From the NCBI GenBank assembly GCA_046583315.1, contig JAYGCN010000343.1:26285-90284 (forward strand): a DNA stretch of 64,000 nucleotides. Direction: 5' to 3'. The stretch is from Candidatus Hydrogenedentota bacterium. GTDB lineage: Bacteria > Hydrogenedentota > Hydrogenedentia > Hydrogenedentales > GCA-2746185. This document shows positions 49,763 through 58,538 of this stretch, piece after piece. A model generated the notes under the pieces. The model was not told the origin of the DNA and did no database searches. It saw only the letters and a program-made list of their open reading frames with translations. Both the position numbers and the translations under genes were made by a program. Position 1 is the stretch's first letter. Each line of letters opens with the position of its first letter.

Positions 49763-51124
49763 ATGAAACACCTCATACTCGCCCTCTTACTCTTCCTGCC
49801 CATTACAGCCTACGCCGCGGATCGCCCACCCAACGTCGTCATCATATTCCTCGATGATTCCGGCTGGTCGGATTTTCAACCTTTCGGCGATCCGGGTTAT
49901 CCCACACCGAATGTGAAACGTCTCACTGACGAAGGTCTGCGCCTCAACCGATTCTATGTGCCCCAGGCGATTTGTTCGGCATCCCGCGCGGCCTTGATGA
50001 CGGGGTGTTATCCCGGACGCACGAAGGTATTTGGTGCGCACGGGCCGAACAAGCGTAGCCTCGATCCCAAGTTCGACACGATGGGCACGGTGCTGAAACG
50101 TGCCGGATATGCCACGGCGATATTCGGCAAATGGCACATCGGCGATCAGTCCGAGACGCGTCCCTTCAATCGCGGCTTCGATGAGAATGCCGGACTCATG
50201 TATTCCAACGACATGTGGCTACACCACCCCGAGAGGCCCGAGTATTGGGGGCAGCACCCCCTGCAATACTGGGAGAACGACAAGGTCACGATTCCGGAAG
50301 TCGACCATGAACATCAGGAACAACTCACGACTTGGTACACGGAAAAAGCCGTGGACTTCATTCATCGCAAAAAAGATCAACCCTTCCTCGTGTATCTGCC
50401 CCATTCCATGCCGCACGTGCCGTTGTACGTGAGCAAGAAGTTCGCGGGCAAATCCGGACAGGGACTCTACGGCGACGTGATGATGGAAATTGACTGGTCC
50501 GTCGGCGAAGTCATGAAGGCCCTGCGCGATACCGGTGTGGAAGACAACACGCTCGTCATATTCACTTCCGACAACGGCCCCTGGATCACCTACGGCAACC
50601 ACGCCGGTGTCACGCCCTACCGCGAATCCAAAGGCACCACTTTTGACGGCGGAATCCGCAGCGCGTGCATCATCAAGCTGCCCGGAGTCGTGCCCGCAGG
50701 CGAAACGACCGAGACGATGTTGTGCTCCATTGACATCCTGCCGATGGTTGCCGATTTGGCCGGAGCCGAATTGCCCGCGCACCCCATCGACGGCAAGAAT
50801 CTCTGGGACCACGTGCTCGGCAAAACCGACGCACCCACGCCGCAGGATTATTACCCCATGTCCAACGGCAGCGATTTCCAGGGCGTGATCAGCGGCGACG
50901 GTCGATGGAAGTTACACATTCCCCACGCTTACCGAACCCTCGATTACGACGACCACGACGGAGCCGCAGGTAAATACAAGCAGACACGCATCGAATTCGC
51001 CCTATACGACATGGCGAACGATCCGATGGAGACGAAAAATCTCGTTGACGAGGAACGTGAAGTCGCCCTGAAACTAATCGGATACGCCGACCAGCACTTT
51101 CAGGCCTTCTACGCGAAGAACTAG
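49763..51124 (+). CDS. Secreted Cys-type (formylglycine) sulfatase
   Basis: PNVVIIFLDD, TPN, CSASRAALMTG, GKWHIG, PHVP, FTSDNG, LYD...DP.E..NL; AGGAG RBS. Confidence 0.93.
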   Translation: MKHLILALLLFLPITAYAADRPPNVVIIFLDDSGWSDFQPFGDPGYPTPNVKRLTDEGLRLNRFYVPQAICSASRAALMTGCYPGRTKVFGAHGPNKRSLDPKFDTMGTVLKRAGYATAIFGKWHIGDQSETRPFNRGFDENAGLMYSNDMWLHHPERPEYWGQHPLQYWENDKVTIPEVDHEHQEQLTTWYTEKAVDFIHRKKDQPFLVYLPHSMPHVPLYVSKKFAGKSGQGLYGDVMMEIDWSVGEVMKALRDTGVEDNTLVIFTSDNGPWITYGNHAGVTPYRESKGTTFDGGIRSACIIKLPGVVPAGETTETMLCSIDILPMVADLAGAELPAHPIDGKNLWDHVLGKTDAPTPQDYYPMSNGSDFQGVISGDGRWKLHIPHAYRTLDYDDHDGAAGKYKQTRIEFALYDMANDPMETKNLVDEEREVALKLIGYADQHFQAFYAKN

Positions 51125-51468
51125 CGCTTCTCGCGCATACGGGCCCACTCGGTGAACCACTCGGTATCTTTCACGCCGCCAAAGTGGGGGTGTTCGCGTA
51201 TGGTTTCGACATCCGGCAACATCCGCGCGCCCAACGCCCGCTCCAGCCATTGCAGACACATGTCGCGATTCTGCCGCCGCGCGTGCATGCACGACATCAG
51301 CCAGGCCCCGCTGCCCTTCACTAATTTTTCTGAGCGAATCAGCAGGTCGGTTGCATCCTGATAGAGCTTATCCCGTTCTTCAGCAGCAACCAGTTCCGCC
51401 TGCATCATATGCGCCTCGGCATGCTGCAGAAATCCTTCGACTTTCTTGATGGTGGTCTTGTCGGACAT
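51121..51468 (-). CDS. Small TPR-like (TPR end-of-group) protein
   Basis: AWLMSCMHAR...CLQWLERAL...HPHF..V...WF resembles the YNLAC..A....WL..A...DPDF cap. Confidence 0.6.
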   Translation of the reverse strand: MSDKTTIKKVEGFLQHAEAHMMQAELVAAEERDKLYQDATDLLIRSEKLVKGSGAWLMSCMHARRQNRDMCLQWLERALGARMLPDVETIREHPHFGGVKDTEWFTEWARMREKR

Positions 51469-51481
51469 CTGTTTTCCCGAT

Positions 51482-51519
51482 AAAAAAACGCCGCCTCAGT
51501 GTATTCTACTGAGGCGGCG
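51482..51519 (-). terminator. Intrinsic terminator of the aldehyde dehydrogenase gene
   Basis: 12-bp perfect stem CGCCGCCTCAGT / ACTGAGGCGGCG followed by T7 on the minus strand. Confidence 0.85.
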
Positions 51520-51530
51520 CAACGAATGAG

Positions 51531-52979
51531 CTATTTACCAATAAGAACTTTGATGACCGTGTCGAACAGCTTGCCATACGGCGCGCGAAACATGCCCGTG
51601 GAGTTGAAACGGCTCTGGTAGAACACGCTTTTCTCGTGCGAGAAGGTCTGGAATCCACGCAGTCCGTGATAGGAGCCAATGCCGCTGGGTCCGACGCCAC
51701 CAAAGGGCAATTCTTCCTGAGCGAGATGAAAGAGCGTTTCATTTATGCAAACACCGCCGGATGTTGTGCTGTTAATGACCTTGTCACGGGCACCACCATC
51801 ATCGCCGAAATAATATAACGCCAGCGGACGCTCATGGTCGTTCACGTATTTGATAGCTTCATCCAGTGAGTCATAACTCATCACCGGCATGACCGGTCCG
51901 AAAATTTCCTCATGCATAATCGCCATATCTTCCGTCACATCCAGCACCAGCGTTGGCGGAATCTTCCGTGCAGATGCCACGTCCTCATCCTTTGGATTCA
52001 CCTCAACGATACGCGCACCCTTCGACCGAGCATCGCCCAGCAGATGTTGGATACGCTCATAATGGCCATCCGATACGATGCTCGTGTATTGCGCATTGTC
52101 CGCGATGCTCGGATACATGATCGCCGCCTGCTTCTCGAAGCCCGCCACGAACCCGTCCAGTTTCCCTTTCGGCACAAGCGCATAATCCGGGGCCACGCAG
52201 GTTTGTCCCGCATTTAGTAGTTTCCCACTCGTGATGCTCGGCACCGCGCGGTCAAGGTTGCAGTCTTCGCCCACGATACACGGCGATTTACCGCCCAGTT
52301 CCAGCGTCACCGGAACAAGATTCTTCGCGGCCGCCTGCATGACGAGACGACCGATTTTCGTGGAGCCCGTGTAGAAGAGATGGTCGAAAGGCAGTCCGCT
52401 GAATTCCGCGCCCACTTCAGGTCCGCCCGTAGTGACAGCGACTTCCTCGTCCGAAAAATTTTCGCCGAGTGTCTTTGCAAGGAGGGCCGAAGTTGCAGGT
52501 GTTAACTCAGAAGGCTTCAGCATGACTCGGTTGCCCGCGGCGAGTGCCTGCACGACCGGCACGATGGCCAATTGAAGGGGATAATTCCAGGGGCTGATGA
52601 TGCCGACCACACCGAGGGGTTGATAGTGAACCTTGCCGCGTCCCGGTTTGAATTGAATGGAAATGGGAGCCTTCTTCGGCTTCATCCACTTGCCGACTTT
52701 CGCTTTGCAATGTTTGATGGAATTGATGGTGATGAATACCTCCGCCATCAGCGATTCGTGATGCGAACGGTTGCCGAAGTCTTGAGAGATCGCCTCGACA
52801 AAATCCTGCTTATGCTCCACCATGATGCGATGCAGCTTGTCAATGGCCGATTTGCGGTGTTCCAGGCTCGGTGTACCATCGCGCAAGAACGCCGCACGCT
52901 GTTTTTCCAGAATATCCATCAGGCCTTCAGTGGTGGCTGGGGCTTGGGGTTTGGAGGTATTTTCTTCAACAACTGCCAT
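51531..52979 (-). CDS. calB: Coniferyl-aldehyde dehydrogenase-like ALDH
   Basis: DFGNRS, PLGVVGIISPWNYP, KPSE, FDHLFYTGS, LELGGKSP, NAGQTCVAPDY, EEIFGP, LPFGGVG.SG.G.YHG. Confidence 0.85.
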   Translation of the reverse strand: MAVVEENTSKPQAPATTEGLMDILEKQRAAFLRDGTPSLEHRKSAIDKLHRIMVEHKQDFVEAISQDFGNRSHHESLMAEVFITINSIKHCKAKVGKWMKPKKAPISIQFKPGRGKVHYQPLGVVGIISPWNYPLQLAIVPVVQALAAGNRVMLKPSELTPATSALLAKTLGENFSDEEVAVTTGGPEVGAEFSGLPFDHLFYTGSTKIGRLVMQAAAKNLVPVTLELGGKSPCIVGEDCNLDRAVPSITSGKLLNAGQTCVAPDYALVPKGKLDGFVAGFEKQAAIMYPSIADNAQYTSIVSDGHYERIQHLLGDARSKGARIVEVNPKDEDVASARKIPPTLVLDVTEDMAIMHEEIFGPVMPVMSYDSLDEAIKYVNDHERPLALYYFGDDGGARDKVINSTTSGGVCINETLFHLAQEELPFGGVGPSGIGSYHGLRGFQTFSHEKSVFYQSRFNSTGMFRAPYGKLFDTVIKVLIGK

Positions 52980-53054
52980 GAGTTTCTCCTCGATTGGGGT
53001 GATCTGAACAGTGTAACACAATTTCCGCCATCGTATCTCAAGTCGGGGGACATG

Positions 53055-53087
53055 AAAAACCGCCCATCGAACGGTCGACAGGCGGTT
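53055..53087 (-). terminator. Intrinsic terminator of the desaturase gene
   Basis: Minus-strand stem AACCGCCTGTCGA-CCGT-TCGATGGGCGGTT (G.U pairs) plus T run. Confidence 0.65.
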
Positions 53088-53115
53088 CGATTCGGTCCGA
53101 TCTTGGCGCGGGGAA

Positions 53116-54132
53116 TTAGATACTTACCAGCGGCTTGGGTTCCGCCTCAACCATTTCCAGCCACGAGAATTTGTAGTCCGCTTCCTGGATGCGGTTGCCG
53201 AAACGCTCGGCCACCTTGCGATAGCGATCGGGTAGCGAGCAAAGATACTGCTGGGCCGCTTCGGCTTTATCACCCAGACCCGTCAGGTTTGCAATATCCC
53301 ATGTCTTGAGTAGGTGATCCATAATATCTGTGTAATCCGCGGGTGTATAGACACCATTTTTCTCGGCGACCTGCGCAAACTTCTCAAAGGTCTCGCCAAT
53401 CTTCACGCCTTGTTCGCGCATGTACATCGCCGGCATGGTAATCTGGCGACGCATCATGTCGTAGAACGCAAGTATCGCTTCATCGGGATCCACATCCAGT
53501 ACTTTTTGGAAGAAGCCTTTGTAGGCACCCGCATGGCGATTTTCATCGACGGCGATCACGCCGCATATTTTTGCCAACACACGATCACCAACACGATGCG
53601 CATGCCTTGCGACGTTCTTGTGGGAGATACGTGTGGCGATTTCCTGAAAGCTGGTGTATACGAAAGTTTTGTATGCGTCCGTCCCCACGCCGATGTCCGC
53701 GCCGTCCGCGAGCAGGTTGTGAATCGTTACTTCTACCGCTCGCATGTTTACACGACCGGTAAGATAGAGATACTTGTTCAGGATATCGCCATGGCGATTT
53801 TCCTCGGCAGTCCACTTGCGCAACCATTCGCCCCAACCATTCTTGGGCTCACCACTGCGGTCCATACCGTCAATCTCTTGAATCCACATGCAATACGAGG
53901 GCAGCGCTTCTTCGGTGATCATGTCTCCGATGAGGCAGACCATCACATCATCGCTAAGGCCGGACGCGCGCTGTTGCAGGTCACTGATTTGCTCGAGGGC
54001 GTCGGGCTGACTCATCTCGGGAAGCATATCGGCCGGTTGCCAATAATTTTCCGCTTCCGTCGTCAGGGTCGAGACGGTCTCTGCGGCAAAATTTTCGAGG
54101 TGTTTCATGACTTCAAGACGTGAACCGTTCAC
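53116..54132 (-). CDS. Soluble acyl-ACP desaturase (di-iron, plant stearoyl-ACP/DesA type)
   Basis: WQP.D.LP, GDMITEEALP.Y, WTAEENRHG, YTSFQE.AT.ISH, DENRH, I.MPA; GTG start after GGAG (alt. TTG 54147). Confidence 0.92.
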   Translation of the reverse strand: MNGSRLEVMKHLENFAAETVSTLTTEAENYWQPADMLPEMSQPDALEQISDLQQRASGLSDDVMVCLIGDMITEEALPSYCMWIQEIDGMDRSGEPKNGWGEWLRKWTAEENRHGDILNKYLYLTGRVNMRAVEVTIHNLLADGADIGVGTDAYKTFVYTSFQEIATRISHKNVARHAHRVGDRVLAKICGVIAVDENRHAGAYKGFFQKVLDVDPDEAILAFYDMMRRQITMPAMYMREQGVKIGETFEKFAQVAEKNGVYTPADYTDIMDHLLKTWDIANLTGLGDKAEAAQQYLCSLPDRYRKVAERFGNRIQEADYKFSWLEMVEAEPKPLVSI

Positions 54133-54319
54133 AAGCAAGTTCTCCAATAGTCGGTGGTGGTATTGTAGCAGTCATTGTACGGTCGTGCAGGACAGACGTA
54201 TGCATTCGTAACTGCTAGAAATTATACAGTAAGACTACTGCATATCCAGTGGCAGTTCAAATTTTTTCTTTGTAAAAGAGCGAATTATCGAGTCAATTAT
54301 ACAATCAAACAGGAATATG

Positions 54320-54348
54320 TTGCATATGATTATATTTTATGCTAGTTT
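54320..54348 (+). promoter_or_regulatory. Putative sigma70 promoter in AT-rich divergent region
   Basis: TTGCAT-N17-TAGTTT with extended -10 TG. Confidence 0.35.
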
Positions 54349-54408
54349 GAATGAAAATTAAGCATTCTAACGTAGTATTCCGCAATAACCGACATATAGA
54401 GGCAAAAT

Positions 54409-55056
54409 ATGGAAGACCACGACATTCTAACCATCGAAGAAATCGCACAATACCTACGGGTCTCGGAACGTACCGTCTATGATTGGGCGAATAAAGGAAG
54501 CATCCCTTGCGGTAAGTTGGGGACCACCTGGCGCTTCAAACGCTCGGAAGTCGAAAAGTGGATCGACGAAAAGCTTTCCGGCAACGTCAAAAGTAATTCC
54601 TCCGAAGACTTGTCGATAGCGGAAGTGCTCACTCCCGAACGAATCGTGCTGCTCGACACCACCTCAAAAGAAGACGCGTTGAACGCGCTCATCGAACGAC
54701 TCGGTGAGGCAGACGAAATTCAGGATTGCAATGCGCTCGCCAAAGAAATTTTCATCCGCGAGGAACTCATGAGCACGGGTATCGGTTTTAATGTCGCCGT
54801 ACCACATGTGCGACTCGACTCAGTGAAGAATCTTGTGATGGCGGTCGGAATCAGCAAAGAACCTCTGAGCGACTACGCGTCGCTGGACGAGCAACCCGTC
54901 CGCATTGTGTGCATGGTCGCCGCACGTAGCGATCAGCACGCACAATATCTCCGAACGCTAGCCTTGGTTAGTTCGGTACTGAAAGATCTCGATGTACGCC
55001 AGGCTTTGCAGAACGCCGGTGACGAAAAGTCAGCCTATCTCATTTTGACTCAATAG
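54409..55056 (+). CDS. Excisionase-type HTH fused to PTS EIIA (PtsN/fructose-type) domain
   Basis: LTIEEIAQYLRVSERTVY.W...G.IP..K.G..WRF; RE..MSTGIG..VAVPH (phospho-His). Confidence 0.9.
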   Translation: MEDHDILTIEEIAQYLRVSERTVYDWANKGSIPCGKLGTTWRFKRSEVEKWIDEKLSGNVKSNSSEDLSIAEVLTPERIVLLDTTSKEDALNALIERLGEADEIQDCNALAKEIFIREELMSTGIGFNVAVPHVRLDSVKNLVMAVGISKEPLSDYASLDEQPVRIVCMVAARSDQHAQYLRTLALVSSVLKDLDVRQALQNAGDEKSAYLILTQ

Positions 55057-55080
55057 CACCTAATCTGGACACCCTTCGAC

Positions 55081-56754
55081 ATGGACGTACTCAACAGCGG
55101 AATACTTGCCATCCTCGGTATTGGTGTGTTCGGCGGCATCGTCGGAGCGTATCTTTTCCAGCGACTCCATGTTCCGCAGGTGGTTGGTTATATTATGATG
55201 GGGCTGTTGATTGGTGATGTCGGCTTTGGTCTTGTCGACGCGAAAGCCATTGAGGGTCTCGAATCACTCAACCTGTTTGCGCTCGGAATCATTGGGTTCC
55301 TCGTCGGTGGCGAATTACACATCGACATCTTTCGTAAACAAGGCAAGCAGCTGTTTGCAATCTTGCTATTTGAAGGCGTAGGCGCTTTTTTGCTCGTGGG
55401 AATTCCTGTTACCGGAGTTCTTTTCTGGTTGACCGACAATTTCTCCGTGTCACTCGCTGCGGGTGTCGTATTTGGTGCTATCGCATCCGCCACCGATCCC
55501 GCTTCCACACTTAATGTGCTGTGGGAATACCGTTCGCGCGGGGTGCTGACCACCACACTGGTCGCCATTGTAGCGTTGGATGACGCGCTGGCCATGACGC
55601 TCTACGGCATAGGTACCACCGCCGCACAGATCCTGACCGGTTCCTCCGCTTCGTTCAGCGAAGAGCTTCTCCGCACTGGCATGGAGCTAGGTGGCGCCAT
55701 CTTGATGGGACTGATCGCCGGTTTCGTGCTGCGTTCCATGATGCGCTGGATAACCTCTCCCGAAAAATTGTTTACCGGTGCTATCGGTCTGATTCTACTT
55801 ATCATCGGAATTGCAGCGTCGCTCAATATGGATGTCATCCTCGCGGCCATGACCATGGGTGTCACGCTCGTCAACATTTCCACCAAACGCAGTCTGAAAA
55901 TTTTCAGCACGGTCCGCTCATTTGCGGACCCCATCTACGTGATCTTCTTTGTTTTGGTCGGTGCGCGACTTAATCTCTCCGCGATGCCCGGCTGGTTGTG
56001 GGGCGTTGTTGCAATCTACGTCGCTGGCCGTAGTGTCGGGAAAATCGCCGGGGCTTATGCCGGAGGCCGACTAACCGGGGCCGATCCCGTTGTTTACAAA
56101 TATGCCGGCATGGGGCTCTTTGCGCAAGGCGGCATCGCGGTCGGTCTATCAATCATGGCCGCGCATCATCTTGGCGATGTACAAGTGAACGAAACGCTTT
56201 CGCTGGGCGACATGATTATTTTCTCCGTCACCGCCTCAACCTTCGTGCTACAACTGACCGGACCGCCTCTCATCAAGTTGGCGAGTAAACTCTCTGGCGA
56301 AATTGGTCGCGACGTGACCGAGGTGGACGTGATTGCAACGTGGACTGTTGAAGATGTCATGAAAACGACTGTTCCTCCGATTACTCAAGGCACGCCACTC
56401 ACCCATATCTTCCAGATTTTCTCGGTACACGACTACGTCATGTACCCGGTGGTCGGCGATGACAATGAACTCAAGGGTGTGCTCTCGCTAGACGGACTGA
56501 AAGGCATCGTGGTGAGTCCGGAGACCTGGGATTGGGTACTCGCGGCCGATGTGATGACTCACACGGAGCACACCGTAGGCAAAGACATGCCGTTGCAAGA
56601 GGCGCTGGACTTCATGCGGGACCGAAATTTCGAAGAAGTCCCGGTCGTGGATCAAGACAATCGCATTCTCGGCATGCTGGATGAGCGAGCCGTGCGTATC
56701 CGGGTCAATGAAGAGGTTATCCGTCGTCGTGAGACCGTCATCGTGACATCGTAG
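55081..56754 (+). CDS. Cation:proton antiporter (CPA) with C-terminal CBS pair
   Basis: P.VVGYI..G, ATDPA, IVALDD, FFVLVGA.L, R..GK..G; C-term V.DVM...YPVV...L.G.L...A.DVM...VPVVD. Confidence 0.88.
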   Translation: MDVLNSGILAILGIGVFGGIVGAYLFQRLHVPQVVGYIMMGLLIGDVGFGLVDAKAIEGLESLNLFALGIIGFLVGGELHIDIFRKQGKQLFAILLFEGVGAFLLVGIPVTGVLFWLTDNFSVSLAAGVVFGAIASATDPASTLNVLWEYRSRGVLTTTLVAIVALDDALAMTLYGIGTTAAQILTGSSASFSEELLRTGMELGGAILMGLIAGFVLRSMMRWITSPEKLFTGAIGLILLIIGIAASLNMDVILAAMTMGVTLVNISTKRSLKIFSTVRSFADPIYVIFFVLVGARLNLSAMPGWLWGVVAIYVAGRSVGKIAGAYAGGRLTGADPVVYKYAGMGLFAQGGIAVGLSIMAAHHLGDVQVNETLSLGDMIIFSVTASTFVLQLTGPPLIKLASKLSGEIGRDVTEVDVIATWTVEDVMKTTVPPITQGTPLTHIFQIFSVHDYVMYPVVGDDNELKGVLSLDGLKGIVVSPETWDWVLAADVMTHTEHTVGKDMPLQEALDFMRDRNFEEVPVVDQDNRILGMLDERAVRIRVNEEVIRRRETVIVTS

Positions 56755-56812
56755 CACCCTTGTTTTGAATACACCTGGTGATGAGCATTCGGATGAGCAG
56801 GAGAGAATCGAT

Positions 56813-57385
56813 ATGAAGGAACAGCTTCGCCGCGCACTTCCTTATATCGGAATAATCACCTTCGCATCGCTCTTTGCCATCGTACCCGCGCTCAACCGCA
56901 CCAAAATTGAAGGGGATCACCTCACCTTTCGTCTACCTAATCTGGATGGCATCGAAATGGCGCAGGATGATCCGGAATTTTCGGACACAGTCCTTTTGGT
57001 CAACATCTGGGGAACCTGGTGTCCGCCGTGTCGCGTGGAAATACCTTATCTATCGGCACTGAAAGAAAAATATGGTGATCGCGGATTCGAGATCATCGGC
57101 ATCGAATACCCGGCCTATTCATGGAACTCCGAGAAAGAACGCCGACAGCTGCTCCAGGGATTTTCCGACGAGGTCGGAATCAATTATAGGATTCTGTTGG
57201 GCACGCACCCCGAGTCTGTCATGGACGATCTGCCGAACCTGAGAAACTTCAAAGGTTTTCCTACCAGCATCTTCGTTGATCGGAACGGCAAGGTCGTGCA
57301 CACGCAACAAGGATTTTACGAAGGAGATATTCCGCGGTATGAAGCGCTGATCGAATCGTTACTCGAAGAGGCACCAACCAATTAA
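56813..57385 (+). CDS. TlpA/ResA family thiol-disulfide oxidoreductase
   Basis: N-terminal TM; VNIWGTWCPPCRVEIP, FPTSIFVDRNG; AGGAG RBS. Confidence 0.9.
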   Translation: MKEQLRRALPYIGIITFASLFAIVPALNRTKIEGDHLTFRLPNLDGIEMAQDDPEFSDTVLLVNIWGTWCPPCRVEIPYLSALKEKYGDRGFEIIGIEYPAYSWNSEKERRQLLQGFSDEVGINYRILLGTHPESVMDDLPNLRNFKGFPTSIFVDRNGKVVHTQQGFYEGDIPRYEALIESLLEEAPTN

Positions 57386-57744
57386 TTTGATGCGCCTGTT
57401 CCAACGTGTGCTTGAATGGCCGAGTAATAGAGTTCGTTTACCCGGGGAAGTGTCAGACGCTCACCATGAACCCAAGAGAGACCCGACGAAAATGTGCTTC
57501 GGTTTTTGTCCGGCTTCGTCCAACTCACCACCGCGCGAAGTTGAACGGGCTCGCCTTCGTATTCCAAACCATCAAATGCAACCGTGATCATCGGACCCGG
57601 ACGCAGATAGGCGGAGGATTCAATGCGTACGCCACCTCGGCCGACATCGCACACGGCGCCGATACCCTCGTTGCCACGTCCATCGAACCACCGCAGGGGG
57701 CGCACAAACGGGATACGAGTGAACACGCGTTGATCGCTCGTCAT
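57382..57744 (-). CDS. PilZ domain protein
   Basis: QRVFTR (RxxxR) and DVGRGG (DxSxxG-like), A.VSW; GAGGAG RBS. Confidence 0.8.
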   Translation of the reverse strand: MTSDQRVFTRIPFVRPLRWFDGRGNEGIGAVCDVGRGGVRIESSAYLRPGPMITVAFDGLEYEGEPVQLRAVVSWTKPDKNRSTFSSGLSWVHGERLTLPRVNELYYSAIQAHVGTGASN

Positions 57745-57965
57745 GTGCCATCGCTCCTCTAGTTGTTTACACGCCATTGTTGCCACCTTGTAGTCCCGTG
57801 ATGGGTCAAATCTGGTTCGCTCTAAGTTTGTACCAAGTTAGACTCATCACAGGTGGAATTGGTTTGATTCCGGGGAAAGGGCTCGCTCCTGTCAGTACCG
57901 AAGTCCATGCATACTTATAAAACATGGGTGATCGGCTACTTTTCGGGATTCCGGTGGGCAAATCC

Positions 57966-58457
57966 CTACAGACCGTCGGGATCCAGATTGAAGGTCTCTA
58001 CAAGGTAGTCGTAATTGCGCCCGCCCATCAGGAAGTCCATGTAAATTTCGTGGACCAGATGCACAAGCTTACGCGTACCGTAGTCGAAATCTCCGTCCAG
58101 TACCGTGGCTGTGAGTGAAACATTTCCTGCTCGGTTAAACACCTTGATGCCCACTTTTGTTTCATCTATTTTTCGATGATCGGGCAAGTCCTGATTTTTG
58201 CGGCGTTTCACATATTCTTTGAACGCGGCATACATTTCTGAATCGGCTGGTACGTTTGGAAGCACCACTGGAATGCGCAGCGTGTTCTTTGCGGTATCGA
58301 CGATAAACTCGAATCCCTGATCGCGGTGCCACACCATGCGGTATGTGGTCTGGTGATTCTTTTCGCGGACGGGACTGAAGCCGCGGAAGATGCCGCGCGT
58401 AGCGTAATGCTCAAGCACGGCGGTTACCACTTCGACGGATCGTTCGGATGAACTCAT
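57966..58457 (-). CDS. Hypothetical protein (163 aa)
   Basis: Protein-like ORF filling the gap; no motif recognised. Confidence 0.65.
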   Translation of the reverse strand: MSSSERSVEVVTAVLEHYATRGIFRGFSPVREKNHQTTYRMVWHRDQGFEFIVDTAKNTLRIPVVLPNVPADSEMYAAFKEYVKRRKNQDLPDHRKIDETKVGIKVFNRAGNVSLTATVLDGDFDYGTRKLVHLVHEIYMDFLMGGRNYDYLVETFNLDPDGL

Positions 58458-58482
58458 GGCAAATCTATTTCCAATGGGTATT

Positions 58483-58519
58483 AAAAGAGTCCGCCCCCGA
58501 TTCGTTCAGGAGCGGACTC
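58483..58519 (-). terminator. Putative intrinsic terminator after the ThDP enzyme gene
   Basis: Minus strand GAGTCCGCTCCTGA-ACGAA-TCGGGGGCGGACTC-TTTT. Confidence 0.65.
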
Positions 58520-58538
58520 GTTTGATGCTTCGATGGAC

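Noticed and set aside
54409..54580. Excisionase-like HTH as a sign of a prophage or integrative element
   Set aside because: It is fused to EIIA, and no integrase, att site or phage genes are nearby.
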